The translations under genes and the position numbers were made by a program. Positions 48,041 through 57,270 of a stretch of DNA of 64,000 nucleotides are shown in pieces. Position 1 is the first letter of the stretch. Every line of letters begins with the position of its first letter. The notes under the pieces were generated by a model. It was not told where the DNA came from. It did not search any database and saw only the letters and a program-made list of their open reading frames with translations. This DNA comes from Candidatus Woesearchaeota archaeon (GTDB lineage: Archaea; Nanobdellota; Nanobdellia; Pacearchaeales; UBA284): assembly GCA_964354405.1 (NCBI GenBank), contig CAYGZP010000001.1, forward strand, positions 84,879-148,878, written 5' to 3'.

Positions 48041-50682
48041 TCTTTTCTTTCTTTCTTCCCTATTCTGTCCAACACATGTTTGTGCATTCTTTTCAAGAAC
48101 TCAATCTTATTTTCCATCTTAACAAGATCTCCATAGCCCTGTGTTATCAAGTTGAGCGAGAAAGGAGATGGAATCTCAGTCACAATGCTCTCAACTTTAA
48201 TCTTCTTGTCTTTAATCCATTGTAAAACTTTCATCGCGTTGTTTATATCCATCAAATCCTCGAGCACTTCTCTCTTAGTTTCTTTCAAAATTGGAAAATC
48301 ACTTGATATTTTCTTAACAGCTCCAAGCAAAAAGTCGCTTTTCATCTGCTGCTTCCCAACACTTTTGTTCTGCCCCTTATAATTTCGCAGAATCATCAAA
48401 CTGCGAGTTGCGCAATGCCTGAATCTCCTTTTAAAAACTTCTGTCTTGTCAAGCGCCTCTTCCAAAATCCCCCGCAGAGCTTCGGGTTTGTCCGAAAGAA
48501 GCTTGACAGCCTTCTCAATCTGCATCGGCCATTTTGAGGCAATAAAAAAACCATTGTCATTGATTCCAACCTCAACATCTCTCTTGCCGAATCTCGCCAC
48601 AAGATATGCAAGAGCTCTTGATAAAGCATCATTCACCCTTCTGCCGTATAAAGAATGAATCAAGATATATTGTTTATCCTCTCTGTCCATATATCTCTCG
48701 ATGACTAAGCGATTCTCGTGAGGCATTTTTCCTTTAGTGTAAAAATACTGTTCGTAAAGATAATTATAAAGAGCTTCTACAGAATTTTTGTCAACATAAC
48801 AATAACTTTCAATGAATTCTTTAATCTTCTCCTCGCTTTTCTTGCTGTCAAACATCTCGCAAACTAATTTTCTGAATTTCTGTATCGCGCAAGCTAAGTC
48901 AAAGCTAAGAGGAAGCATCTCACTCGCCCAAGTTGGGATTGTAGGCGGTTTGTAAACTGAAGCATTGACATAGGCATTCATGCCCCGCGAATAGAGAAAC
49001 TCAAACTTCGCGCCCCCGAGCACAAAGACATCACCTTTCTTCAATCGCTCAAGAAAATTCTCATCAATTTTTCCTATTCGCTCATCTCGCCGGTCATATG
49101 GCGCGGCAATAATAACATTCGCGAATGCTTCATCAGGAATTGTTCCAATGTTTGTCATATAAATCATTCTCGCAAGTTTCCCCCGCTTTCCAACCTCTTT
49201 GCTCTGCGGGTCATACCATATCTTTGCATAAACATTTCTTGCTTCCAATCCTTTATACTCCGCAGAAAGATAACTGATAACCGAGAAAAAATCCTCTCGA
49301 GAAAGCTCATGATAGCAATAGCTTTTCTTGATTAGCGCGAACATCTCATCAATGTTCCATCTTTGCTGGATTGCCATGCCAAAAATCTGCTGCGACAAGA
49401 CATCTAAGCAATTTTTAGGAAATTCCACCCGGTCAATCTTTCTTTCAACAGCCTCTTTCAGCATCACAGAGCATTCAACCAAGTCATCTCTGTCCAGCAC
49501 AACCAATCTCCCCTTGCTTACATTGTGCAATCTATGCCCTGCTCTTCCTGTTCTCTGTAAAATCCTCGCCACGCTCTTTGGCGAGCTCAACAGCACAACC
49601 AAATCAATATAACCGATGTCAATGCCCAATTCTAAAGAAGTGCTCGTGACAACACATTTTAATTTTCCCTCGCGCAATCTAGTTTCAATGCTATATCTCA
49701 TTGATTTGCTCAGAGAAGAGTGATGTGCTCCTATAGTCTCCTCAACTTGCTCATATTTTCCAGGAAACATCTCTTTCAAGTGATTGATAACTCTCTCAGT
49801 CGCGGAGCGGGTGTTAGTGAAGATAAGCGTTGTCTTATGTTCCTGTATCAGTTTGTCTAACAATCCATAAAGGCTTGTTTGCATCTCTTTCGCGCTCGTG
49901 TCAATCAAGTCAGGCACTGGGGAGAGAACTTTCAAGTCAAATTTTTTCGCGAACTGAACATCAGCCACAAGACACTCGCGCTCTTTTTCTTGTTCATAAC
50001 CCACAAGAAATTTCGCTATTTCTTCAAGAGGCGCAATTGTCGCGCTCAATCCAATGCGAACAGGAACAATCACACTCAAGTTCTCAAGCCTTTCAAGAGA
50101 TAAAGACAAATGAACCCCTCTCTTGTTCGCGAGAGCATGAACTTCATCAACAATAACAAACTCAACAGCCTTGAATGACTCAACAAACTTTTTGCTGCTA
50201 AGAACAATTGCTAGAGATTCAGGAGTTGTGATAAGGATATGCGGGGCTTTCTTGAGCATGGCACTCTTTTCTTCTGTTGTTGTGTCTCCTGTCCTTGTTG
50301 AGATTCTTATGCCGAATCCCTTCCCTTTTTCCTTGCCAGCGAGCTTCTCCATCTCCGCAAGAGGCTCTTTCAAGTTAACTTCAATGTCTCGCGAGAGCGC
50401 CTTCAGGGGCGATATGTAAACACAATAAACTTTATTCTCTAACTCGTTCTTTTCAGCCAATCCAATCAGATAATTCAAGATGGAAGTGAAAGCGCATAGA
50501 GTTTTGCCAGAGCCAGTCGGCGCAGTCACAAGAATATTCCTGCGCTCATGAATCGGCATTATGGCATATCGCTGGCTATCCGCGAACGAGCCAAATTTTT
50601 CCTTGAACCACTTCGCGACAATCGGATTCAGAGCTTCAAAGAGTTCTTTGTCTGTGTTAGCTTTGTCAATTAGTTTTATCAT
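48037..50682 (-). CDS. lhr: Lhr-type large ATP-dependent SF2 helicase
   Basis: Motif I APTGSGKT, DEVH box (VIVDEVH), motif VI QRTGRAGH, and a ~400 aa Lhr-like C-terminal extension. Confidence 0.75.
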   Translation of the reverse strand: MIKLIDKANTDKELFEALNPIVAKWFKEKFGSFADSQRYAIMPIHERRNILVTAPTGSGKTLCAFTSILNYLIGLAEKNELENKVYCVYISPLKALSRDIEVNLKEPLAEMEKLAGKEKGKGFGIRISTRTGDTTTEEKSAMLKKAPHILITTPESLAIVLSSKKFVESFKAVEFVIVDEVHALANKRGVHLSLSLERLENLSVIVPVRIGLSATIAPLEEIAKFLVGYEQEKERECLVADVQFAKKFDLKVLSPVPDLIDTSAKEMQTSLYGLLDKLIQEHKTTLIFTNTRSATERVINHLKEMFPGKYEQVEETIGAHHSSLSKSMRYSIETRLREGKLKCVVTSTSLELGIDIGYIDLVVLLSSPKSVARILQRTGRAGHRLHNVSKGRLVVLDRDDLVECSVMLKEAVERKIDRVEFPKNCLDVLSQQIFGMAIQQRWNIDEMFALIKKSYCYHELSREDFFSVISYLSAEYKGLEARNVYAKIWYDPQSKEVGKRGKLARMIYMTNIGTIPDEAFANVIIAAPYDRRDERIGKIDENFLERLKKGDVFVLGGAKFEFLYSRGMNAYVNASVYKPPTIPTWASEMLPLSFDLACAIQKFRKLVCEMFDSKKSEEKIKEFIESYCYVDKNSVEALYNYLYEQYFYTKGKMPHENRLVIERYMDREDKQYILIHSLYGRRVNDALSRALAYLVARFGKRDVEVGINDNGFFIASKWPMQIEKAVKLLSDKPEALRGILEEALDKTEVFKRRFRHCATRSLMILRNYKGQNKSVGKQQMKSDFLLGAVKKISSDFPILKETKREVLEDLMDINNAMKVLQWIKDKKIKVESIVTEIPSPFSLNLITQGYGDLVKMENKIEFLKRMHKHVLDRIGKKERKD

Positions 50683-50718
50683 AGCACCTCAAAAACAAAG
50701 AACTATTTATAATTTTAT

Positions 50719-51096
50719 TCACTTAACTTTTCCCTTTTGAATACTTACTTTGTATCCTGCTCTATAATCAAAACAAGGAAGTCTAATGCCAGAAATGCTT
50801 CCCCTCATCACCCAATCAATAGTTAAGGTGTCTCCTCTTTCAGCCTCTAGCAGTTTAGGATACTTCTGAACACCAGAAGCATAGGCAGTCAACCGAAACT
50901 TTCCTCTATCCTTCTTATTTTCTGCAAGACACCAGAAGCGAGGATCACCATTTTCATAATTATCTTTTGAAAATTCAACTTCTTTTAACACATGTCTCTC
51001 TTTATCTACAATCTCCTCAAACGGACAAGTAAGAAAAGCAAAAGTAGCCATCACACCAGTTATTGTGCCCGCCCCTAACCAATATTTTATATGCAT
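50719..51096 (-). CDS. small secreted/membrane-anchored protein (hypothetical)
   Basis: N-terminal hydrophobic segment; ORF only. Confidence 0.3.
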   Translation of the reverse strand: MHIKYWLGAGTITGVMATFAFLTCPFEEIVDKERHVLKEVEFSKDNYENGDPRFWCLAENKKDRGKFRLTAYASGVQKYPKLLEAERGDTLTIDWVMRGSISGIRLPCFDYRAGYKVSIQKGKVK

Positions 51097-51188
51097 TTTC
51101 TTTAGCTAAATGACTGATATTGTGATATTTATATTATTCTGTACTGAAAAATATATATCTAATGGAAATTTGCCCGCCTGTTTTCTTA

Positions 51189-52079
51189 TCAATGATTTTT
51201 CAGAAGCGTTTTCATGTCCAATGGCGCGAATAAAGCAGCCTTGCCAGTTTCTTTCTCGTAACCTCTCTTAAAATCCGGGCTTTTTACATATTTTCTATAA
51301 GTTGCGCTCAATCCCAAGCCAACAAAACTTCCCTCGCCTTCCCAGATCTCTATATCAACAAGTTTCGGAGCCCTGAGAACTTTGCCATCAGAAAAAAGAT
51401 TCAAGTCAAAGAATGTCGAGCCCCCATAACCATCATAAGTGACTCGGTTAAGCCATACATGATCTTTCGCGATGAGGTTTCCCATCTGCGCGACATACTG
51501 TTTCATCCTGTCCTCAGAAATAATATCAACAAGTTCCTTGAGATCCAATAGCTGATTGATATCTTCTTTGTTAATCTTGAATATCTTGAGCAATGCATAA
51601 GCTTTTCCTTTGAGTTTTTGGATAATCTCCTCTCCGATATTCGTTATCTCTTGAATCGGCAAGTTTGTAGCTAAGTCATAATACTTGTTTAAGTTAACCT
51701 CATAGATTTTCTTTGATAAATTAGTTTCTTCTGTGCTGTAGAACCAGAATTTTACTTTATCCAATCCCTTAGTGTTACACCAATCATTCTTTGGAAGATA
51801 AGTTACAACTCTCAGCTTGCCCGAGCCCCCCCTTGGCCCGCAAATATATTCCATTCTGACATTCAATCTGCCGTTCCCAAAAGGCAAGTCATATGAATTC
51901 AACAAATCTCCTTTATACTTCAGCGCGTTAGTCATCAAAACATCAACAGGAACCCCATTGCATTCGTCTTGAGCCAATAATTCAACTGGTTTTAGAACTC
52001 TAGCAGCAACAAGGGCTCCTGCGCCATATAACATAAATTTCAAGAATCTCCTCTTGCTATCATCAACCTCTTTTGTCAT
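51189..52079 (-). CDS. hypothetical exported protein with twin-arginine (Tat)-like signal
   Basis: N-terminal SKRRFLKF + hydrophobic AGALVAA matches the (S/T)RRxFLK Tat consensus. Confidence 0.4.
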   Translation of the reverse strand: MTKEVDDSKRRFLKFMLYGAGALVAARVLKPVELLAQDECNGVPVDVLMTNALKYKGDLLNSYDLPFGNGRLNVRMEYICGPRGGSGKLRVVTYLPKNDWCNTKGLDKVKFWFYSTEETNLSKKIYEVNLNKYYDLATNLPIQEITNIGEEIIQKLKGKAYALLKIFKINKEDINQLLDLKELVDIISEDRMKQYVAQMGNLIAKDHVWLNRVTYDGYGGSTFFDLNLFSDGKVLRAPKLVDIEIWEGEGSFVGLGLSATYRKYVKSPDFKRGYEKETGKAALFAPLDMKTLLKNH

Positions 52080-52108
52080 CTTTTAATTCGTGTTAACGAA
52101 AAACAATA

Positions 52109-52468
52109 ATGTTTATAAAGTTTGTTAAGGTAACCAAAATTATGCCGAGAATATCACAGACAAAAGAGAGTAAGATAAAAGAGTCCATTCTGCATTTGCT
52201 TTTCCAGCAATCTCCAAAGGCACTGTTTACTTATCATATTGCTCAAGAATTAGCTAGAGATGAAGAGTATGTCAAGAAGCTTATGATGGAGCTTGAAGGC
52301 AAAACCCTTGTAACGAGTGTAAAGAAGAACAGTGAAGGCAGAGATTACTCAAGAAGGATAAGATGGCGCCTCTCAGCGCAAACCTATGAGACTTACAAGA
52401 AGCTCAACGGTCCAGCACAATCTCAAAGCCAAAGTTCAACAGAGCAATATAATAATCAAGCGCAATAA
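52109..52468 (+). CDS. small winged-helix transcription regulator
   Basis: HTH-like ILHLLFQQSPKALFTYHIAQEL followed by a beta-wing; alternative start at 52142. Confidence 0.4.
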   Translation: MFIKFVKVTKIMPRISQTKESKIKESILHLLFQQSPKALFTYHIAQELARDEEYVKKLMMELEGKTLVTSVKKNSEGRDYSRRIRWRLSAQTYETYKKLNGPAQSQSQSSTEQYNNQAQ

Positions 52469-52514
52469 TTAAGGCTAAGAAGACTAAATCAAAGTCAAGC
52501 AAAGGCTAGGGAAA

Positions 52515-53297
52515 ATGAATATCTTTAACCGAGACAAATACCAAAACGAGAAAGAAAGGCAAGAGAGAATAAGGATTTCTTTCCAAAGAATGAAAGAAGA
52601 CATTCTTTATCTGCAACATGAGATAATAATTCTGAAAGACGAAATGCGCGAGTTAAATCAAAGCCTAAGTCAAATTTTAAAGCAATTTAAGCAGTTTTTG
52701 CCATCCAACACATCTCCAACACATGCCCAACACATGGCTAAAACTCCAACACATGTTTTGCCGAATCAGGCCCCAAATAAGCCATATTTCCATAGTTCCA
52801 TAGGAAATAGGGGGGTTCCAACAGACAGTCAACAGATAGTCAACAGACAATCCAACACATTAAACCGAACTTCAGCCCCTATCCAACATATTCAGCCAAT
52901 TCAGGATCCTTCCAAACTTCTGAAGGTATTGCCCTATACAATCGAGGATTTTCAGGAAAAGAAGACAAATTTCGACGCTCAAGGACTATCAACAATGGTT
53001 GCGAACATGAGGAAAGATCTCCAGGAAAAATTCAAGAAACTTACAAAGCAGGAGTTTCTAGTATTCTCGATTCTCTACACCCTTGAAGAAGAGCAAGGCC
53101 AAGTGACTTACAGGGACATAGCTGCCCGGGCCAATCTTGCCGAGAGTTCTGCTAGAGACTATATCTCCCGCCTCGAGCATAAAGGCATTCCCCTCGTGAA
53201 AGAACGCATTAACAACAAGATAGTTTTGTTAAAAATCCCTCAAGAACTCAGGAATATCGCGACATTAGACTCTTTATCCAAGCTAGTTAGGTTCTAA
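52515..53297 (+). CDS. coiled-coil + C-terminal winged-helix DNA-binding protein (paralogue A)
   Basis: N-terminal heptad region, low-complexity P/T/Q-rich linker with nucleotide-level repeats, C-terminal wHTH (QVTYRDIAARANLAESSARDYISRLEHKG). Confidence 0.4.
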   Translation: MNIFNRDKYQNEKERQERIRISFQRMKEDILYLQHEIIILKDEMRELNQSLSQILKQFKQFLPSNTSPTHAQHMAKTPTHVLPNQAPNKPYFHSSIGNRGVPTDSQQIVNRQSNTLNRTSAPIQHIQPIQDPSKLLKVLPYTIEDFQEKKTNFDAQGLSTMVANMRKDLQEKFKKLTKQEFLVFSILYTLEEEQGQVTYRDIAARANLAESSARDYISRLEHKGIPLVKERINNKIVLLKIPQELRNIATLDSLSKLVRF

Positions 53298-53368
53298 TTC
53301 CCAAAGAATCATTCAAGGATATTTAATCCGATACAACGAATACTTTTCCCTGTAGATTTTCAAGAAGT

Positions 53369-53403
53369 CAGATAAGCCTTATAGAGCCGAGATAAGCCTT
53401 ATA
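53369..53403. repeat. tandem direct repeat 2 x agataagccttata
   Basis: Two 14-bp copies 20 bp apart in the intergenic region between the convergent wHTH genes. Confidence 0.6.
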
Positions 53404-53682
53404 TCAGAGCTTTAAGGAATTAGAAAATGGGCTTTTTCTGCTGCTCACTTTGCCCTTTACGCAACTTTCTTCATTCCTCTTTTTTTGCTCAGTTTTTTCA
53501 GATCTTTTTGATTCAACCTGATAAACCCTTACAATGCCCTGAAAAGTTCGTTTTAATGCCTTAACGAACTCTCACTTTTACCTTTTCAAAGGCTTATTTA
53601 TTCGGTTTATACCTATCTTTTCCCTCTTTTATGTGCTTTTTACTGTTTTTCTCGGCTTTTTACAACTTCCTTGAACTCTCTT

Positions 53683-54312
53683 TTACTCTTCTTCTCCCCA
53701 GTCTCCCGGTTTACGGCTAGCTATCTTTCGACTCTTTACCTTCATGTTCTTGAGTAAAAGATCTCTCATTTTCTCATCAACATAATATCTCTTCTTGCCT
53801 GACTTTTCAATGAACTCTGCAATCCAGCTCTCATTCTTTTGTTTGATGTTGTTGATCTGACTTCTCACAGTTGACTTGTCTTTTCCCAGCAAAACTGCAA
53901 CATCTTCGCAGCTCAACTTCTGTTCTGCGTTCAACAAAACCCATAATATTACTCGTTCATTCTGCGTCAAACCTCTTAAAAACGCTGTTTGGACAGCTGT
54001 GTAGACAGCTGTTTGGACACCTTCCACACGTGTGTGTTTATCCACAGCTGTGGAATTTTGCTTGAAAACACGCGAGGCAACCCGCGTGTCAAAGAACGAA
54101 ACGAACTGTTTTATACCGTCGATATCCTGCTTAATTTCCAAGATTTCGTTGTAAATGCCTTCAATTTTGTCCTCATGCGAGCTGTCCTTGGCGCTTAAAT
54201 GTTTTATCCAGGTCGAAATTTTGGAAATATCCTGCTTGACTGACTCAAAAGAATGAGTAATTTTCTCATCACTATGCTCTTTTTTCTTTCTCCCAAACCA
54301 GAGAAAACCCAT
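53683..54312 (-). CDS. coiled-coil + C-terminal winged-helix DNA-binding protein (paralogue B)
   Basis: Same architecture as 52515..53297: coiled-coil N-terminus, VQTAVYTAVQTAF repeat, wHTH (LSCEDVAVLLGKDKSTVRSQINNIKQK). Confidence 0.4.
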   Translation of the reverse strand: MGFLWFGRKKKEHSDEKITHSFESVKQDISKISTWIKHLSAKDSSHEDKIEGIYNEILEIKQDIDGIKQFVSFFDTRVASRVFKQNSTAVDKHTRVEGVQTAVYTAVQTAFLRGLTQNERVILWVLLNAEQKLSCEDVAVLLGKDKSTVRSQINNIKQKNESWIAEFIEKSGKKRYYVDEKMRDLLLKNMKVKSRKIASRKPGDWGEEE

Positions 54313-54373
54313 AATAATTTTAACCGAGTTTGACTTTTAAACCTTTCGCAAAAAACGCGAGATTTATAAATAA

Positions 54374-54423
54374 AATCACAAGAAATCACAAAAATCCACA
54401 AAAATTAATCAAAATTGCAAAAA
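54374..54423. promoter_or_regulatory. helically phased A-rich repeat array (aatcacaagaa / atcacaaaaat / ccacaaaaatt / aatcaaaattg) in a divergent promoter region
   Basis: Four to five degenerate ~10.5-bp units seen directly; lies between the start of 53683..54312 (-) and 54460 (+). Confidence 0.4.
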
Positions 54424-54459
54424 CTTTTAAGCTCAAAATTCATAATAAAAGAATCAAAA

Positions 54460-54717
54460 ATGGCCAAGGAAAAGAGCAAAAAAGTAAAGCGGAGTTTCAA
54501 AAAAGAGTTCAAGAGACAGGTCAGAATGGCGACAGCCGCAGCCATTGGTTTTATTATAGCTTTTAGCTGGAGAAATTTTGTCTACGACATGACAAAAGCT
54601 TGGCTCGAAAAGATAACTCCTTTAAGCGGAGCTTTCGAGAGTGGCTTGGCATCAGCTCTTCTCATAACAGTTATAGGGGTAATTCTCATTCTGATCAGCT
54701 CGCGATTGCTGAGATAA
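54460..54717 (+). CDS. small basic membrane protein (hypothetical)
   Basis: Lys-rich N-terminus then two TM helices; start taken at the internal Met. Confidence 0.3.
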   Translation: MAKEKSKKVKRSFKKEFKRQVRMATAAAIGFIIAFSWRNFVYDMTKAWLEKITPLSGAFESGLASALLITVIGVILILISSRLLR

Positions 54718-54773
54718 CTAAAAGTTTTAAGCAAAAGTTCTAAAGATTTAAGCTAAACTCTTAAGCCAAATCC

Positions 54774-55004
54774 TTAAGCATGCATTCTCTTTCTGATATG
54801 CTCTCGTGTTGCAGTTATCAACAGATTTATGAAACTTGCTATCGCCAATACTAAGAAAATCAGGCCAAAGAAAGCGCCAAACATCAGATATTTCTGAGTT
54901 TCAGCGTCTATTCCAAGAAAGCCACCGAAAGCTTTAGCTGAAAAACAGATCACAGCTAACAGTATAAACCCTATGCCCAACACGAGCCATTCTGGCCATT
55001 TCAT
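54774..55004 (-). CDS. small two-TM membrane protein (hypothetical)
   Basis: ORF with two hydrophobic helices. Confidence 0.3.
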   Translation of the reverse strand: MKWPEWLVLGIGFILLAVICFSAKAFGGFLGIDAETQKYLMFGAFFGLIFLVLAIASFINLLITATREHIRKRMHA

Positions 55005-55248
55005 TGTAAAACATAGAAGCAGAAGAAATATATAAATTTTGCTAAAAAGCTCATCAAAACATCAAAAATAACGACGCTAAAACCTTTAAGCGTTGCCAAC
55101 AACCTTCTGCATGAGTGAAAATACCGTCGGAAAACAGAGAAAAACCTTCAAAACAACGAAAAATTTATATACTTAGGGTGCCCTAAGTTGACGTGAACGA
55201 GCTATTCAATGCCCTAAGTTCACAAAATCATTCAAGAAAAGAGGTAAA

Positions 55249-56028
55249 ATGCAAAATTCTAACAACTCCAACAGTGCAAAACCTTTAGCAGCAATTTATA
55301 TCCGAGTTTCAACTCAGGATCAAGCTCAGCATGGTTTCTCTTTAGATGCCCAGCAAGACACACTCCAAAATTATGCTAAAGTAATGGGCTATGACATCTT
55401 CAAAATTTACCGAGATGAAGGCAAGTCTGCTAAAGATATGAATAGGCCAGAGATGCAGCAGATGCTGAAAGATGCAGAAGCCAAGAAATTTTCAGCAATT
55501 TTCATTTACAAGTTAGATAGGTTTAGTAGAAGCATAAAAGACCTTATCCTGACTATTGACCAGCTTAAGACTTGGGGTATAGACTTTATCTCGCTCCAGG
55601 ACAAGATTGAAACAACCTCTGCTTCCGGAAAGCTTATGTTTCACATTATCTCGGCGTTCGCAGAGTTTGAAAGGAACATCATAGGCGATAGAACAACATT
55701 TGGAATGGCAAGGAAAGCAAAAGAAGGGGGTTTCATAACAAAAGCGCCTAAAGGATACAAATTAGTGAATAAACGATTGATAAAAGACACAGAACAAGAA
55801 AAGGAAATTAAAGAAATATTCAACAGTTTCCTGAATTCCGACATTTCATTGACACAACTGGCTAAAAAATACAATATGACGACTTCAGGCATCAAGAAGC
55901 TCCTGCAGAACACGACTTACTTGGGCAAAGTTAAGTTCGCCAATGTCGAGAGCCAAGGCGAGCACGAGCCCATAATCTTAGAAGAATTGTTCAACAAAGT
56001 CCAGGAAAAATTGAATAATATAAAATGA
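55249..56028 (+). CDS. serine recombinase (resolvase/invertase family)
   Basis: Catalytic-Ser region AAIYIRVSTQDQ, conserved Arg/Asp positions (YKLDRFSR, GDRT), C-terminal HTH; AGAGG-type SD. Confidence 0.8.
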   Translation: MQNSNNSNSAKPLAAIYIRVSTQDQAQHGFSLDAQQDTLQNYAKVMGYDIFKIYRDEGKSAKDMNRPEMQQMLKDAEAKKFSAIFIYKLDRFSRSIKDLILTIDQLKTWGIDFISLQDKIETTSASGKLMFHIISAFAEFERNIIGDRTTFGMARKAKEGGFITKAPKGYKLVNKRLIKDTEQEKEIKEIFNSFLNSDISLTQLAKKYNMTTSGIKKLLQNTTYLGKVKFANVESQGEHEPIILEELFNKVQEKLNNIK

Positions 56029-56588
56029 AAATTCTGCCAAAAACAACAAGGGAAGCAATGGAAATCATTTATAATACTCTTAATCAGGGAGATTCAAGAT
56101 ATAATGCGCCTGAAGATGAGCGCATTCTCGCTAATTTTATTATAAATGAAGCTATTTCTTTAGAAGAAAAGAAAATCCCGTTTATAAAAGAACCAGAAAA
56201 GAATAGCAAAATATCAGTTGTTCAAGAGACAGAGAAATATATAGCAAAAGAACTACTAAAACTTGAAGATTTTAAGGACAATGAAATATTTTTTGAAAGG
56301 TCATTTTTAGGTAGTAGGGCAGATGTTTTAGCAGAAGCCAACAACAAAATTATAGCAGTAGAATGTTGTTCATGCAGAATAAACAAAATAATAGATTATC
56401 TCTTAGAAGCAGATGAAGTTTGGGTGTTTACGCGGGGGAAACCTCCTTGGGAAACAGTCAACTATGTTGAAGATATGCAGTGGTTTATATTCAAAAGAGG
56501 CCCCAAATGGGACGAGACCTTTAAAGAACACGAAAAACAAGTCCAAGAAGAGCTGAAGAAGATTAAGAATCCGTTGGATGAGCTATAA
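56025..56588 (+). CDS. hypothetical protein co-transcribed with the recombinase
   Basis: Overlaps the recombinase stop by 4 nt; possible D...E-x-K-like pattern (RADVLAE...AVEC) but not convincing. Confidence 0.3.
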   Translation: MKILPKTTREAMEIIYNTLNQGDSRYNAPEDERILANFIINEAISLEEKKIPFIKEPEKNSKISVVQETEKYIAKELLKLEDFKDNEIFFERSFLGSRADVLAEANNKIIAVECCSCRINKIIDYLLEADEVWVFTRGKPPWETVNYVEDMQWFIFKRGPKWDETFKEHEKQVQEELKKIKNPLDEL

Positions 56589-56600
56589 AATGAAAAAGAA
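56553..56600. repeat. direct repeat copy 1 (gene-junction sequence ..ccg(t/c)t(g/t)gatgagctataaaatgaaaaag..)
   Basis: About 35 bp, ~90% identical to 57233..57270; core gatgagctataaaatgaaaaa identical. Confidence 0.6.
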
Positions 56601-57216
56601 AACAAGAAAAATACAGATAAAAACACTGATTTTTGATTATGGGGGGGTTCTTGCTGAAACTAACTATCATTTATTCAAGAAAATCATGATGAAAAAACAT
56701 GGTTTTTCTATCTTTTTATATTCAGATTATCCTAAAAAAATTCACAATAAGTTTAAGGGATTTTCAATCGGGAAACATTCTTATAGAGAAGTTTTGAAAG
56801 AGTTAAGCGGAAGAAAATATATTTCTGCTATAGTTAAAGATTATAAGAAATATCTTAACAAATGTCGAAAACCTAACAAAAGCTTGCTGAAACATCTTAG
56901 AAAATTAAAGAAAAAATATCTCTTGATTTATCTTTCCAATATCAGTGACTTGCATTTGGAAGCCCATCGTGAAAGCCATTTCTTTAAACATTTTAAATAT
57001 GGCCATGGTTCTTGCGAGCTCGGATTAAAAAAACCAGACAAAAGGATCTTTCTGCATGTAATTAAAAAATATCATCTAAAACCCAAAGAGACTGTTTTCA
57101 TTGACGATAGAAAAGAGAATGTCATAGCAGCAAGAAAAGTCAGAATGAAAGCAATCCAGTTCAAGAACAACCCTCAGCTTTTCAAAGACCTAAGAAAATT
57201 AGGGGTTAAGATTTAA
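56578..57216 (+). CDS. HAD-superfamily hydrolase
   Basis: Motif I-like LIFDYGGVL, motif II S/T, motif IV FIDDRKENV. Confidence 0.55.
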   Translation: MSYKMKKKTRKIQIKTLIFDYGGVLAETNYHLFKKIMMKKHGFSIFLYSDYPKKIHNKFKGFSIGKHSYREVLKELSGRKYISAIVKDYKKYLNKCRKPNKSLLKHLRKLKKKYLLIYLSNISDLHLEAHRESHFFKHFKYGHGSCELGLKKPDKRIFLHVIKKYHLKPKETVFIDDRKENVIAARKVRMKAIQFKNNPQLFKDLRKLGVKI

Positions 57217-57232
57217 GTTAAATTAGAAGAAA

Positions 57233-57270
57233 GTGAAAAACCCGCTTGATGAGCTATAAAATGAAAAAAG
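57233..57270. repeat. direct repeat copy 2 (includes a relic ..KNPLDEL-stop coding tail)
   Basis: aaaaacccgcttgatgagctataa translates to KNPLDEL-stop, duplicating the C-terminus of 56025..56588. Confidence 0.6.

Noticed and set aside
55641-55913. 90-aa minus-strand ORF inside the serine recombinase gene
   Set aside because: Antisense to a gene with a clear catalytic Ser motif
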